Origin: Desulfobacteraceae bacterium
GTDB taxonomy: Bacteria; Desulfobacterota; Desulfobacteria; Desulfobacterales; Desulfosalsimonadaceae
Length of the DNA stretch: 32,000 nt
Assembly: GCA_003599885.1 (NCBI GenBank)
Contig: QZKW01000053.1
Span: 8,057-40,056 of the forward strand
Direction of reading: 5' to 3'
The notes under the pieces: generated by a model
Told to the model about the DNA's origin: nothing
The model's database searches: none
What the model saw: the letters and a program-made list of their open reading frames with translations, nothing else
Program-made: the position numbers and the translations under genes
Shown here: piece after piece, positions 9,388 through 17,221 of the stretch
How the letters are laid out: each line of letters starts with the position of its first letter
Numbering within the stretch: the first letter of the stretch is position 1

Positions 9388-10347
9388 TTATCCCTTGATC
9401 CGGTTAAACACCATGCTCCTGTCCGTCATGAGTTGCCGCCGTCCGTCAACCGCCCATAAAGAGACAGGCGGAACTGGTTCCGTTTCCGTCTTCATGTCCC
9501 GGGCAGAGGCTGCCATCTGACGCGGAGACAGGTGCATGGACAGGGCCATGCCGATGGCCGCCGCCATTTCAGGCGGTATTTCATCCGATGCGGGTGAAGC
9601 TGGCAAGGTGGGGGCCGCAGCCTGGGCAGGTGTATTCACAGGAGGAATGACAGGCTGGATTTCTTTAGGTTTTCGTTCTATCCTCTGGAATATCGCTCCG
9701 GAAAGCATCATGCCCGCCATCAGCACGGATAGAACAATAAAGACTCCGAAGAACCGGATAAACAGGGTGCCCAGCACATATCCCCAGAACGAGTCCATAG
9801 GACCGCCGATGAGCGTTATCCGGCCGTTTGCCGCCCCGTCCGAATCAAACTGCCCGCCGTCTTTTATCCGGACCACAAATTGCTGAACTTTATCTCCCAA
9901 AGGGATGTTTTCCGCCTGTGAATCCATCCAGGGTGTCGGCAGTTGTTCGTTGAAAATCCAGAAATAGGTGGAGGAAGTGAAAAACGCCGAGGTAATCGTC
10001 AGGGTCGCTTCCCCCCCTGGGGCCACTCCGCCGATTTCAAGGAGGAAGAGGTCGGAACGGAAATCCTTGTTGTTGATTTGGGGACTCATGGCCTTGTTGA
10101 TATCAAACGCATTCACTGCGGCCAGAGTGCCGCCGCCGGTCACTTCAAATGCGAGCGTGACGCTGGTGCTTTTGGCTCTGGGGATGAGTTTCGCGGTGGT
10201 GATTCCGTCTTCCACGGTAAATTCGGGCTTTGGTTTTTCAATATCTTCTTCCATATAGGCCATGGATACGGCCGGCGTCAGAAAAAGAAAGAGTAAGGCG
10301 ACGGTCAGGCATTTTTTGATAAAAAACAGTGATAATTTATTATTCAT
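9388..10347 (-). CDS. OadG-family (decarboxylase gamma/delta anchor) protein with a long N-terminal exported domain
   Basis: Residues ~185-225 (GYVLGTLFIRFFGVFIVLSVLMAGMMLSGAIFQRIE), a Pro/Ala linker and IPPEMAAAIGMALSMHL match the OadG/MmdD-type anchor. Residues 1-30 are a signal peptide. Residues 31-183 are an extra domain ending in IKDGGQFDSDGAANGRITLIGGP. Confidence 0.6.
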   Translation of the reverse strand: MNNKLSLFFIKKCLTVALLFLFLTPAVSMAYMEEDIEKPKPEFTVEDGITTAKLIPRAKSTSVTLAFEVTGGGTLAAVNAFDINKAMSPQINNKDFRSDLFLLEIGGVAPGGEATLTITSAFFTSSTYFWIFNEQLPTPWMDSQAENIPLGDKVQQFVVRIKDGGQFDSDGAANGRITLIGGPMDSFWGYVLGTLFIRFFGVFIVLSVLMAGMMLSGAIFQRIERKPKEIQPVIPPVNTPAQAAAPTLPASPASDEIPPEMAAAIGMALSMHLSPRQMAASARDMKTETEPVPPVSLWAVDGRRQLMTDRSMVFNRIKG

Positions 10348-10356
10348 TTCGCCCTC

Positions 10357-11505
10357 CTATTGAAACATGGCGATAAACATGCCGGCTGCGGCTGCGGAAC
10401 CGATTACGCCGGCCAGATTGGGCCCCATCGCATGCATGAGCAGCCAGTTGTCCGGATCAGCTTTAAGCCCTTCGGAATGGGAAACCCGTGCGCACATCGG
10501 CACCGCAGAAACCCCGGCTGATCCGATCAGCGGGTTCATCTTTTCTTTTAAAAACAAATTCATGATGTGAACCGTGAGGATCCCCCCGAATGTGCAGATA
10601 ACAAAATCCCCGAGTCCGAACGCGAAAATCAGCAGCGGCTTCCAGTGCAGGAAGGTTTCCGCCTGCATGGTCGCGCCCACGGATAGCCCCAGAAAGATGG
10701 TGACGATATTCATCAGCGCGTTTTGGGCCGTGTCCGTCAACCGTTTGACGACAAAGCTTTCCCGCATCAGGTTGCCGAACATGAACATGCCCATCAGCGG
10801 AGCCACCGCAGGGATCAGAAGGATAATGAGAAAACAGGCGACCAGCGGGAACAGCAGTTTCTCCCTGGCGGACACTTCCCGCAGCTGTCTCATACGGATG
10901 CGTCTTTGTTTATGTGTGGTCATCCACCGCATGATGGGGGGCTGAATCAGGGGCACCATGGCCATGTAGGAGTAGGCGGCCAGGGCGTTTGCTCCCAGCA
11001 GATGGGGGGCCAGCTTGGCGGTGAGGTAAATGGTGGTGGGGCCGTCCGCGCCGCCGATAATTCCCACGGATGCCGCTTCTTTTAAGGTGAACCCGAAGAA
11101 AAGGGTTCCAACATAGGTGATAAATACGCCCAGTTGGGCACCTGCCCCGATAATCAAAACTTTCGGGTTGGCGATGAGCGGTCCGAAATCCGTCATGGCC
11201 CCGAGCCCCAGAAAAATCACACAGGGGATGATTTCCCATTCAACGCCGTATTTGTAAAATGCCCGGATCAGTTCCGGGTTGCCATGCTCGGTATATCCCA
11301 TCAGCGGGGCCAGAGGGAAATTAACGATAAAAATCCCGAATCCGATGGGCAGCAGCAGGAGTGGCTCAAATTCTTTGGCAATGGCCAGATAAAGGAATAA
11401 CAGCCCGATGCACAGCATTAAGCCCTGGCCGCCGGTCAGGTTGGGAATCCCTGTCTGCGTAATCAGGATGTTTTTAATCAGTTCCAGTACATGTTCGAAA
11501 GACAT
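10357..11505 (-). CDS. sodium ion-translocating decarboxylase subunit beta (OadB/MmdB/GcdB family)
   Basis: 382-aa polytopic membrane protein with strong family resemblance throughout ([61 protein letters not shown]). It sits between the carboxyltransferase and anchor/biotin-carrier genes. Confidence 0.9.
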   Translation of the reverse strand: MSFEHVLELIKNILITQTGIPNLTGGQGLMLCIGLLFLYLAIAKEFEPLLLLPIGFGIFIVNFPLAPLMGYTEHGNPELIRAFYKYGVEWEIIPCVIFLGLGAMTDFGPLIANPKVLIIGAGAQLGVFITYVGTLFFGFTLKEAASVGIIGGADGPTTIYLTAKLAPHLLGANALAAYSYMAMVPLIQPPIMRWMTTHKQRRIRMRQLREVSAREKLLFPLVACFLIILLIPAVAPLMGMFMFGNLMRESFVVKRLTDTAQNALMNIVTIFLGLSVGATMQAETFLHWKPLLIFAFGLGDFVICTFGGILTVHIMNLFLKEKMNPLIGSAGVSAVPMCARVSHSEGLKADPDNWLLMHAMGPNLAGVIGSAAAAGMFIAMFQ

Positions 11506-11523
11506 AAGCTAAAATCTCCTAAT

Positions 11524-13077
11524 TTAAAGCGGAATATTTCCGTGTTTTTTTGGCGGATTGGTATCCCGCTTGGTCTTGAGCATTTTTAAGGCCTGAATAA
11601 TCTGGGGCCGGGTGTCCGCCGGATCGATCACGTCGTCAATGTAGCCGAATTCCGCTGCTTTATAAGGATTGGCGAATTTGTCCCGGTAGTCATCCACCAG
11701 GCGCTGTTTTTCTGCTGCGGCGTCGGTTGCGGATTTGATTTCTTTGCGGAAAATGATATTGACGGCCCCGTCCGCGCCCATGACCGCGATTTCAGCCGTG
11801 GGGTAGGCGATGTTGATATCACCGCGAATGTGCTTGGAACTCATGACGCAGTAAGCGCCGCCGTAGGCTTTTCGGGTGATGAGGGTGAGGCGCGGCACTG
11901 TGGCCTCGCAGAATGCATAGATGAGTTTCGCGCCGTGCTTGATGATGCCGCCGTGCTCCTGATTGATGCCGGGCAGGAAGCCGGGAACATCTTCATAAAT
12001 GACGAGGGGGATGTTGAATGCGTCGCAGAACCGCACAAAGCGCGCGCCTTTCATGGAGGCATTGGCGTCCAGGCATCCGGCCATAACGCTTGGCTGGTTG
12101 GCGATAATGCCCACCGAAGCGCCGTCGAACCGGGCAAATCCCACGACAATATTTTTGGCGAAATGCTCATGGGCTTCAAAGAAATATCCGTCATCCACGT
12201 TGGAGCGGATGATGTCCCTTATATCATAGGGTTTGTTGGGATCTGCCGGAACCACGTCCCGGAGTTTCAGATCACGGCGGCCGGGATCATCGGTGCAGGG
12301 GGTTCGCGGCGCATCTTCCATGTTGTTTTGAGGAAGGAAACTCATCAGTTCGCGGATTTTTAAGATACAGGCCGCATCATCCGGAGAAGCGAAGTGGGCC
12401 ACGCCGCTGATTTCATTATGGGCCATGGCGCCGCCCAGGTCTTCCTTGGTCACCACTTCACGGGTCACTGCTTTAATGACCTCCGGGCCGGTGATGAACA
12501 TTGAGCTGGTTTGCTCCACCATGAAAATCCAGTCGGTCAATGCCGGGGAATACACGGATCCGCCCGCGCAGGGCCCCATAATGGCCGTAATCTGGGGAAT
12601 TACGCCGGATGCCATGACGTTTCTAAGAAAGATGTCTGCGTATCCGGCAAGACTCATGACCCCTTCCTGAATCCGGGCGCCGCCCGAATCGCACAGTCCC
12701 ACCAGAGGCGCGCCCATTCGCTGGGCCATTTCCATGACTTTGCAGATTTTTTCAGCATGGGCAAGCGATAGAGAGCCGCCAAAAACGGTGAAATCCTGAG
12801 AAAAAACAAAAGTCTGCCGTCCGTTCACCAGGCCGTATCCCGTCACCACACTGTCGCCGAGGATTTTCTGGTCCGCCATGCCGAAATCCGTGCATCGGTG
12901 GGCTTTAAAGCGGTCAAGTTCCACAAAGGTGCCCGGGTCCATCAGCTTGGCGATGCGTTCGCGGGCGCTTAACTTTCCGGATTCATGCTGTTTTTGAATC
13001 CGGTCCGCGCCGCCGCCCTGAAGCGCTTCCTGGCTTTTTTGTTCCAGTTTTTTCAATAAGTCCTGGGATGTCGTCAT
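11524..13077 (-). CDS. acyl-CoA carboxyltransferase, methylmalonyl-CoA decarboxylase alpha-subunit type (PccB/MmdA family)
   Basis: 517 aa with hallmark segments [60 protein letters not shown] and [21 protein letters not shown] upstream. Substrate assignment is an inference from size and motifs. Confidence 0.88.
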   Translation of the reverse strand: MTTSQDLLKKLEQKSQEALQGGGADRIQKQHESGKLSARERIAKLMDPGTFVELDRFKAHRCTDFGMADQKILGDSVVTGYGLVNGRQTFVFSQDFTVFGGSLSLAHAEKICKVMEMAQRMGAPLVGLCDSGGARIQEGVMSLAGYADIFLRNVMASGVIPQITAIMGPCAGGSVYSPALTDWIFMVEQTSSMFITGPEVIKAVTREVVTKEDLGGAMAHNEISGVAHFASPDDAACILKIRELMSFLPQNNMEDAPRTPCTDDPGRRDLKLRDVVPADPNKPYDIRDIIRSNVDDGYFFEAHEHFAKNIVVGFARFDGASVGIIANQPSVMAGCLDANASMKGARFVRFCDAFNIPLVIYEDVPGFLPGINQEHGGIIKHGAKLIYAFCEATVPRLTLITRKAYGGAYCVMSSKHIRGDINIAYPTAEIAVMGADGAVNIIFRKEIKSATDAAAEKQRLVDDYRDKFANPYKAAEFGYIDDVIDPADTRPQIIQALKMLKTKRDTNPPKKHGNIPL

Positions 13078-13111
13078 GTTTCTCTTTTCTCCTCTTCTTT
13101 TGGATTCTCAT

Positions 13112-13125
13112 CCGGCAATTGCCGG
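13112..13125. promoter_or_regulatory. perfect 14-bp palindrome CCGGCAATTGCCGG in the leader of the decarboxylase operon
   Basis: Read directly: self-complementary 14-mer lying 35-48 nt upstream of the carboxyltransferase ATG (13077). Function (protein site or 5'-UTR hairpin) is unknown. Confidence 0.25.
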
Positions 13126-13321
13126 TGGAAAAGGGGTTCCGGCGTCGGCTCCCGATTTTTTAATAGACGTATGTTTTGAATTGATTCAAAAAATATTAGA
13201 AATCGTTTTTTTACAGTTAAATTCGTGGAAAGTCAAAACAAAGAATGGGGAAAGCGGTTAAATTTTCAGGGAGTGTCGGGTAAAAAAGACTGTTTATGTG
13301 AGGCAATAGTTGCCATTGGGA

Positions 13322-14134
13322 TCAGGCAATTGTTGCGGAAAAGTCGTCAAGCAGGCGGCCGAGATATTCTTCTGCGGTCGCGAGATCGGCAGATGAATTA
13401 AACTGTGAATGGAGTTCGCGAAAAATGCTGTCGAACTTCGACACGGTCCCATCTGTTTTATCATAATTGACGGCAGGCTTTGGATAGAGCGGATCATTGA
13501 AAAAATAACCGGCCAAAGGCCTGCTTTCTGCCCGGAAGGGCCATTTGGTTTTCAGTGTGAACAGCTCAGCCCAGACAGAGCGGTTTCCAGGCATGCCGGC
13601 CCGTTCCGGGTTTATGTCTGTCACCGCAGCGCGTTTTATAATTTCTCCATAAATGGCTTTAAGCAGAATCGGTTCGGAAATCAGCAGGCCATATGCATAC
13701 CAGTCATCGGCCAGGTTGCGGATAATTTTTTTAAAATTCTCCGGCAGATTCCGATGGCTGGGGCAGAAATACATACCGCAGGTCATGGATCCATAATGGC
13801 TGAGACCCCGGTAGTCCACTCCTGCATTTTCCGGAGCCTGGGGGTGCAGCAGGCACCCGACACGTGTCAATCCCTCCCCGATAAGTCCGATATACGGGCA
13901 GTGATGAAATTCCGGCATGGGCGGTTCCCCAAGGTTTGCCGTTTCCTCCCGGCCGAAATCCAGAATGGCGTCCATGGTCCGGGGCAGGGTCGAAAACACC
14001 ATACTTCGACGCCGGAGCATCCGGAAAAGTCCCTCAAAAGAAGCATCCGGCACGTTATACAGCCCGCAGCAGGCCCCGCAGGAAACGGTTTCACTGACCT
14101 GGCAGAGATAGACGTCGTTTTTCTGGTGGTTCAC
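13322..14134 (-). CDS. cysteine-cluster protein (YkgJ/CxxCxxCC-like), function unknown
   Basis: 270-aa ORF. It has an N-terminal SCGACCGLYN motif and later HHCPYIG...GCLLHP and TCGMYFC, reminiscent of the putative Zn/Fe-chelating CxxCxxCC family. Its start is 6 nt after the stop of the upstream membrane-protein gene. Confidence 0.45.
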   Translation of the reverse strand: MNHQKNDVYLCQVSETVSCGACCGLYNVPDASFEGLFRMLRRRSMVFSTLPRTMDAILDFGREETANLGEPPMPEFHHCPYIGLIGEGLTRVGCLLHPQAPENAGVDYRGLSHYGSMTCGMYFCPSHRNLPENFKKIIRNLADDWYAYGLLISEPILLKAIYGEIIKRAAVTDINPERAGMPGNRSVWAELFTLKTKWPFRAESRPLAGYFFNDPLYPKPAVNYDKTDGTVSKFDSIFRELHSQFNSSADLATAEEYLGRLLDDFSATIA

Positions 14135-14140
14135 GGGTTG

Positions 14141-14770
14141 TCAGATCCAGCTTAAGGTTCCGGCGAAGACGATGAGCATGAAGGCGTTTATGGCAAACAG
14201 GCCGCCAATCCAGCGGATTTGGACCTTCGGCTGCCAGTCATAGGCAAAATTGGCGGCCAGAAAAAAAGGAATATAGACCGTGGCGAACACCGGAAAAGAA
14301 CCCCACCATGGGTACACCCAGTGAAATGCAGGCGTGGTGGCCAGAAAGATTTCAAAAACAGAGAAAAATGCCGCATTGCCCAAGGCGAACAGGATCCGGT
14401 TGTTGACGCCCATGATTTTAAGCTTCGGGTCTTCGGGCAGAATTTTACTGAAAATGAGACCTGCCACGGAAAACATCAGGGACAGTTCCGCGCCCACGCC
14501 GACCAGCAGCAGATAGCTTGTTCCTGAGGGTACGGTCCAGAGCGCGTGGCCGGAAAAATGCTGGATCAGGGCGTTCCCGATTTCATAAAGCCAGTGAACC
14601 ATATACAGGGACAAACCCGCAGCGATTCCCCGCCAGTTTTTTTTTGAAATCTCATTAAAATAGATGTAAACCACACAGGCCAGCAGCGGGATCAGGTGCC
14701 ACTCGAAGGTCGCTGGATTTCTCAGAATTTCAAGTGCTTTTTGTGTCAATTCCGGATGGTTCAGTGTCAT
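14141..14770 (-). CDS. polytopic membrane protein, unknown family
   Basis: 209 aa with about six hydrophobic helices, rich in Trp/Tyr/Phe. Same strand and operon spacing as the GT4 and cysteine-cluster genes. No family recognised. Confidence 0.6.
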   Translation of the reverse strand: MTLNHPELTQKALEILRNPATFEWHLIPLLACVVYIYFNEISKKNWRGIAAGLSLYMVHWLYEIGNALIQHFSGHALWTVPSGTSYLLLVGVGAELSLMFSVAGLIFSKILPEDPKLKIMGVNNRILFALGNAAFFSVFEIFLATTPAFHWVYPWWGSFPVFATVYIPFFLAANFAYDWQPKVQIRWIGGLFAINAFMLIVFAGTLSWI

Positions 14771-14829
14771 TTAAGGCCTCCTATAAAAGTTACAGAGTTG
14801 TTTTTCCGAACGTAACCAGCTGTAATCGT

Positions 14830-16182
14830 TTATCCATTAACGGTTTTTGAAAGTCCTGCCAGTTCAAGATACGCCGCCTGAATCCTTTCAAACACCCCTT
14901 CCCAGGAAAACCCCGCCACCCGGCAGGAGATCCCGGTCTCTCCCCGGCACGTCGCGGCGGCTTCGAGTTGCCGGGTGAGGGCATTTGCCAGATTATCCAC
15001 AAAACCGGGCAGGTCTTCAGGGACCGGTGTGTCAGGCCCCATAAGGCGGGGAAGCGGCACTTTTTCAACTAAACGTTCAGCACACAGGTCTTCTGGCATC
15101 CATGTGTCCAGCCCCGGCAGATCAGTGGTCACTACCCGGCATTCGCATGCCAGGGATTCCACCAGCACCAGGGGCAATCCTTCGAAAAACGAGGGCAGCA
15201 CGAAGACATCGGCCTCGCCCAGAATTTTGGATAATTCTTCCTGGCTCAGGGCGCCGAGAAACATCACATTTTCGAGATCCGCCGCCTGGCGTCCGATTTC
15301 TTCTCCGCTGCCCTCACCGGCAGCGCCGGCAAGCAGCAACCGGACGGTTTTCCCTTCAGGTGCCTGTATCCGCCGCATGGCCTCGATAAGCCATGGAACT
15401 CCTTTGGGTGCGGAAATTTTTCCTGCATAGACAATCGTCAGCGTGTCTTTTTCGGCGGCGGGAATGCAGGCGTCGGCAGGCCGGAACAGGTCGGAACGAA
15501 ACCCGGCCCCCGTTACTTGAATCCGGCTTTCCGGGATCCCATAGGCGGCCATTATCTGCTGTTTGTTCTCCTCGTGAAGGGCGAACACCCGGTCAACGGC
15601 CCGGCATCCCGGCAGCACAAACGGGGCAAGCTGCGGCGCGTTTTTCAGTTGCCGCAGCTCAGTGCCGTGGCTGGACACGCAGATAGGTGTGTCCGGAAAC
15701 CGGATTCTGGCAAGGGCCGTCAGCAGCCACAGGTGATGAGAGTGAATGATGTCCGGCTCAAAGCCATCCGCGGCAGCGTTCAGCGCCTCCCAAAACGCCT
15801 GAAAATAGCCTTCCCGCATGGTGTCCGTGAATGTGGAAAAACGGGTGGAGGGGTAGGGCATGATATCACTCATGCCGGGAATGCAAAAAGGAACCGGCGG
15901 TTGGTCGAAACGCACGGCAAACAGACTGTTTTTTTCAAGAGGCTGTACCTCCGGCAGAGGACTGTCGCCGGGAAGGCCGATCACGACCCGCTGCTGATAC
16001 CCTGCCTTGCCTGCCAGATTCGTCATGGCCAGAAGGTAGACCCCGCTGCCGGTTTTGGCAGGCTGCTGGGACAGCAGGTGCAGCACTTTCAGAGGCTGTT
16101 GCCGGTTTTTTTTTACGTGCCGGCCGTCATCAGTCTGAAAACCACTCAGCGCCTGTGATAAATTATGGATTTTATCATTCAT
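14830..16182 (-). CDS. glycosyltransferase family 4 (GT-B fold)
   Basis: 450 aa. N-terminal SQQPAKTGSGVYLLAM (GT4 N-domain glycine loop). C-terminal GT1-domain motifs VLPSFFEGLPLVLVESLACECRVVTTD. The start lies 7 nt downstream of the tetR stop. Confidence 0.8.
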   Translation of the reverse strand: MNDKIHNLSQALSGFQTDDGRHVKKNRQQPLKVLHLLSQQPAKTGSGVYLLAMTNLAGKAGYQQRVVIGLPGDSPLPEVQPLEKNSLFAVRFDQPPVPFCIPGMSDIMPYPSTRFSTFTDTMREGYFQAFWEALNAAADGFEPDIIHSHHLWLLTALARIRFPDTPICVSSHGTELRQLKNAPQLAPFVLPGCRAVDRVFALHEENKQQIMAAYGIPESRIQVTGAGFRSDLFRPADACIPAAEKDTLTIVYAGKISAPKGVPWLIEAMRRIQAPEGKTVRLLLAGAAGEGSGEEIGRQAADLENVMFLGALSQEELSKILGEADVFVLPSFFEGLPLVLVESLACECRVVTTDLPGLDTWMPEDLCAERLVEKVPLPRLMGPDTPVPEDLPGFVDNLANALTRQLEAAATCRGETGISCRVAGFSWEGVFERIQAAYLELAGLSKTVNG

Positions 16183-16189
16183 TTTAATA

Positions 16190-16885
16190 TTATGCCGGAG
16201 GTTGTGGGGCCATGGCCCTGCGGATAAACCGCATCATGCCCTGAATGATTTTATCATCATTGTCCAGGGCATCGTCTCCGGCAAAAATTTTCAGCCTCTC
16301 CTTATAATATTCCGATGTGGCGGAAAACTGAAGCATTACCAGCAGGTTGTCTAGGCAGAAGGAGGTGATTCGCTCATCCAGGTCCGGGGCCATAATCCCT
16401 GCTTGTTTGGCCTCAGCCATCATGGCCCGGTAGAAATCCGCAGTAATGCTTTCCATCTGCCGGGAGACGGTTTTCGACAAATGCGCCAGACCCCCGGAAG
16501 TCAGGTCCAGGTAAATCTGACTGAGTTCGGGAAACTGCCGGGAATAATCCTGGGCCAGATGCAGCATCATTTCCAGTTTATCAAAAATATCGCCTTTGGT
16601 GAGGTCTACGCTGGAGATCACTTTTTCAAGCACGGCGTAGCCATGATCCACAATGGTCAGAAACAGGCGCTCTTTGGATTCAAAATAATTATACATGGAT
16701 CCGATGCTGATGCCGGCATTTTTGGCGATGATGTTGATGTTGGCGGCGATGAAACCTTTGGTTGAGAATTCCGCAATCGCCGCGTCCAGGATGCGCTGCT
16801 GTTTGTCTTTACCAATGCGGTCAAACGCATCCTTGTAATGCTTTTCTATAAAATAGGTGGTGGGGTTTTCTTCAAAGCTCGTCAT
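16190..16885 (-). CDS. TetR/AcrR family transcriptional regulator
   Basis: N-terminal HTH ILDAAIAEFSTKGFIAANINIIAKNAGISIGSMYNYFESKERLF, followed by a helical ligand-binding domain. Confidence 0.9.
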   Translation of the reverse strand: MTSFEENPTTYFIEKHYKDAFDRIGKDKQQRILDAAIAEFSTKGFIAANINIIAKNAGISIGSMYNYFESKERLFLTIVDHGYAVLEKVISSVDLTKGDIFDKLEMMLHLAQDYSRQFPELSQIYLDLTSGGLAHLSKTVSRQMESITADFYRAMMAEAKQAGIMAPDLDERITSFCLDNLLVMLQFSATSEYYKERLKIFAGDDALDNDDKIIQGMMRFIRRAMAPQPPA

Positions 16886-16946
16886 TTACATTCAACTCAT
16901 CTGATTCATTCGTCAAAGGATTAAAAAAAAATTATTGTTTTCTATG

Positions 16947-16960
16947 TGAGTGATTACTCA
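16947..16960. promoter_or_regulatory. near-palindrome TGAGTGATTACTCA, candidate TetR operator in the tetR promoter region
   Basis: 6 of 7 base pairs are symmetric. It shares the TGAGTGA half-site with the 24-bp palindrome at 17063-17086. It lies 62-75 nt upstream of the tetR ATG, just downstream of a TTGACA on the tetR strand (complement of 16975-16980). Confidence 0.35.
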
Positions 16961-17062
16961 TTTAAGGCTGGTGCTGTCAATGAGATTTATGTATTTCTGA
17001 TGGTTTTGAATGAATGGCGTGAGTCGTATATTTTTCTTGACAGGGAAAATGGGCTGTGGCAG

Positions 17063-17086
17063 TTTTGAGTGAGCGCTCACTCAAAA
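17063..17086. promoter_or_regulatory. perfect 24-bp palindrome TTTTGAGTGAGCGCTCACTCAAAA, candidate TetR operator for the ceramidase operon
   Basis: Read directly; fully self-complementary. It is located in the divergent tetR/ceramidase intergenic region, 21 nt downstream of a plus-strand TTGACA (17037-17042) and 136 nt upstream of the ceramidase ATG. Confidence 0.5.
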
Positions 17087-17221
17087 TATGTAATCGGAAA
17101 ATCGCTAAACGAGTGCGATTTTTTTATCGCAACCGCATGAACAGGGTTCACTTGTGAAAACGCAATGTCAGGCATAAAGTTTTTGGTGACGGATTCAGAA
17201 CTTTGAAGGGGGAGGGGTACA

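Noticed and set aside
11524-13077. Possibility that the operon is a glutaconyl-CoA decarboxylase (Gcd) rather than a methylmalonyl-CoA type
   Set aside because: The alpha subunit is 517 aa with PccB/MmdA-type motifs ([10 protein letters not shown]). It does not resemble the longer, divergent GcdA sequence as I remember it. Substrate is still unproven, so no gene symbol is given.
13409-14155. 248-aa plus-strand ORF antisense to the cysteine-cluster gene
   Set aside because: It almost completely overlaps the minus-strand ORF, which has operon-consistent spacing and recognisable Cys motifs. The plus-strand translation is Arg/Gly/Pro-rich and low in complexity, typical of a shadow ORF.
17098-17130. 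Terminator/attenuator-like element in the ceramidase leader: AAAATCGC-loop-GCGATTTT followed by T's, with an alternative GCGAT/ATCGC pairing
   Set aside because: The stems are only 5-8 bp and AU-rich, so predicted stability is low. I cannot compute folding energies, so it is not reported as a feature.
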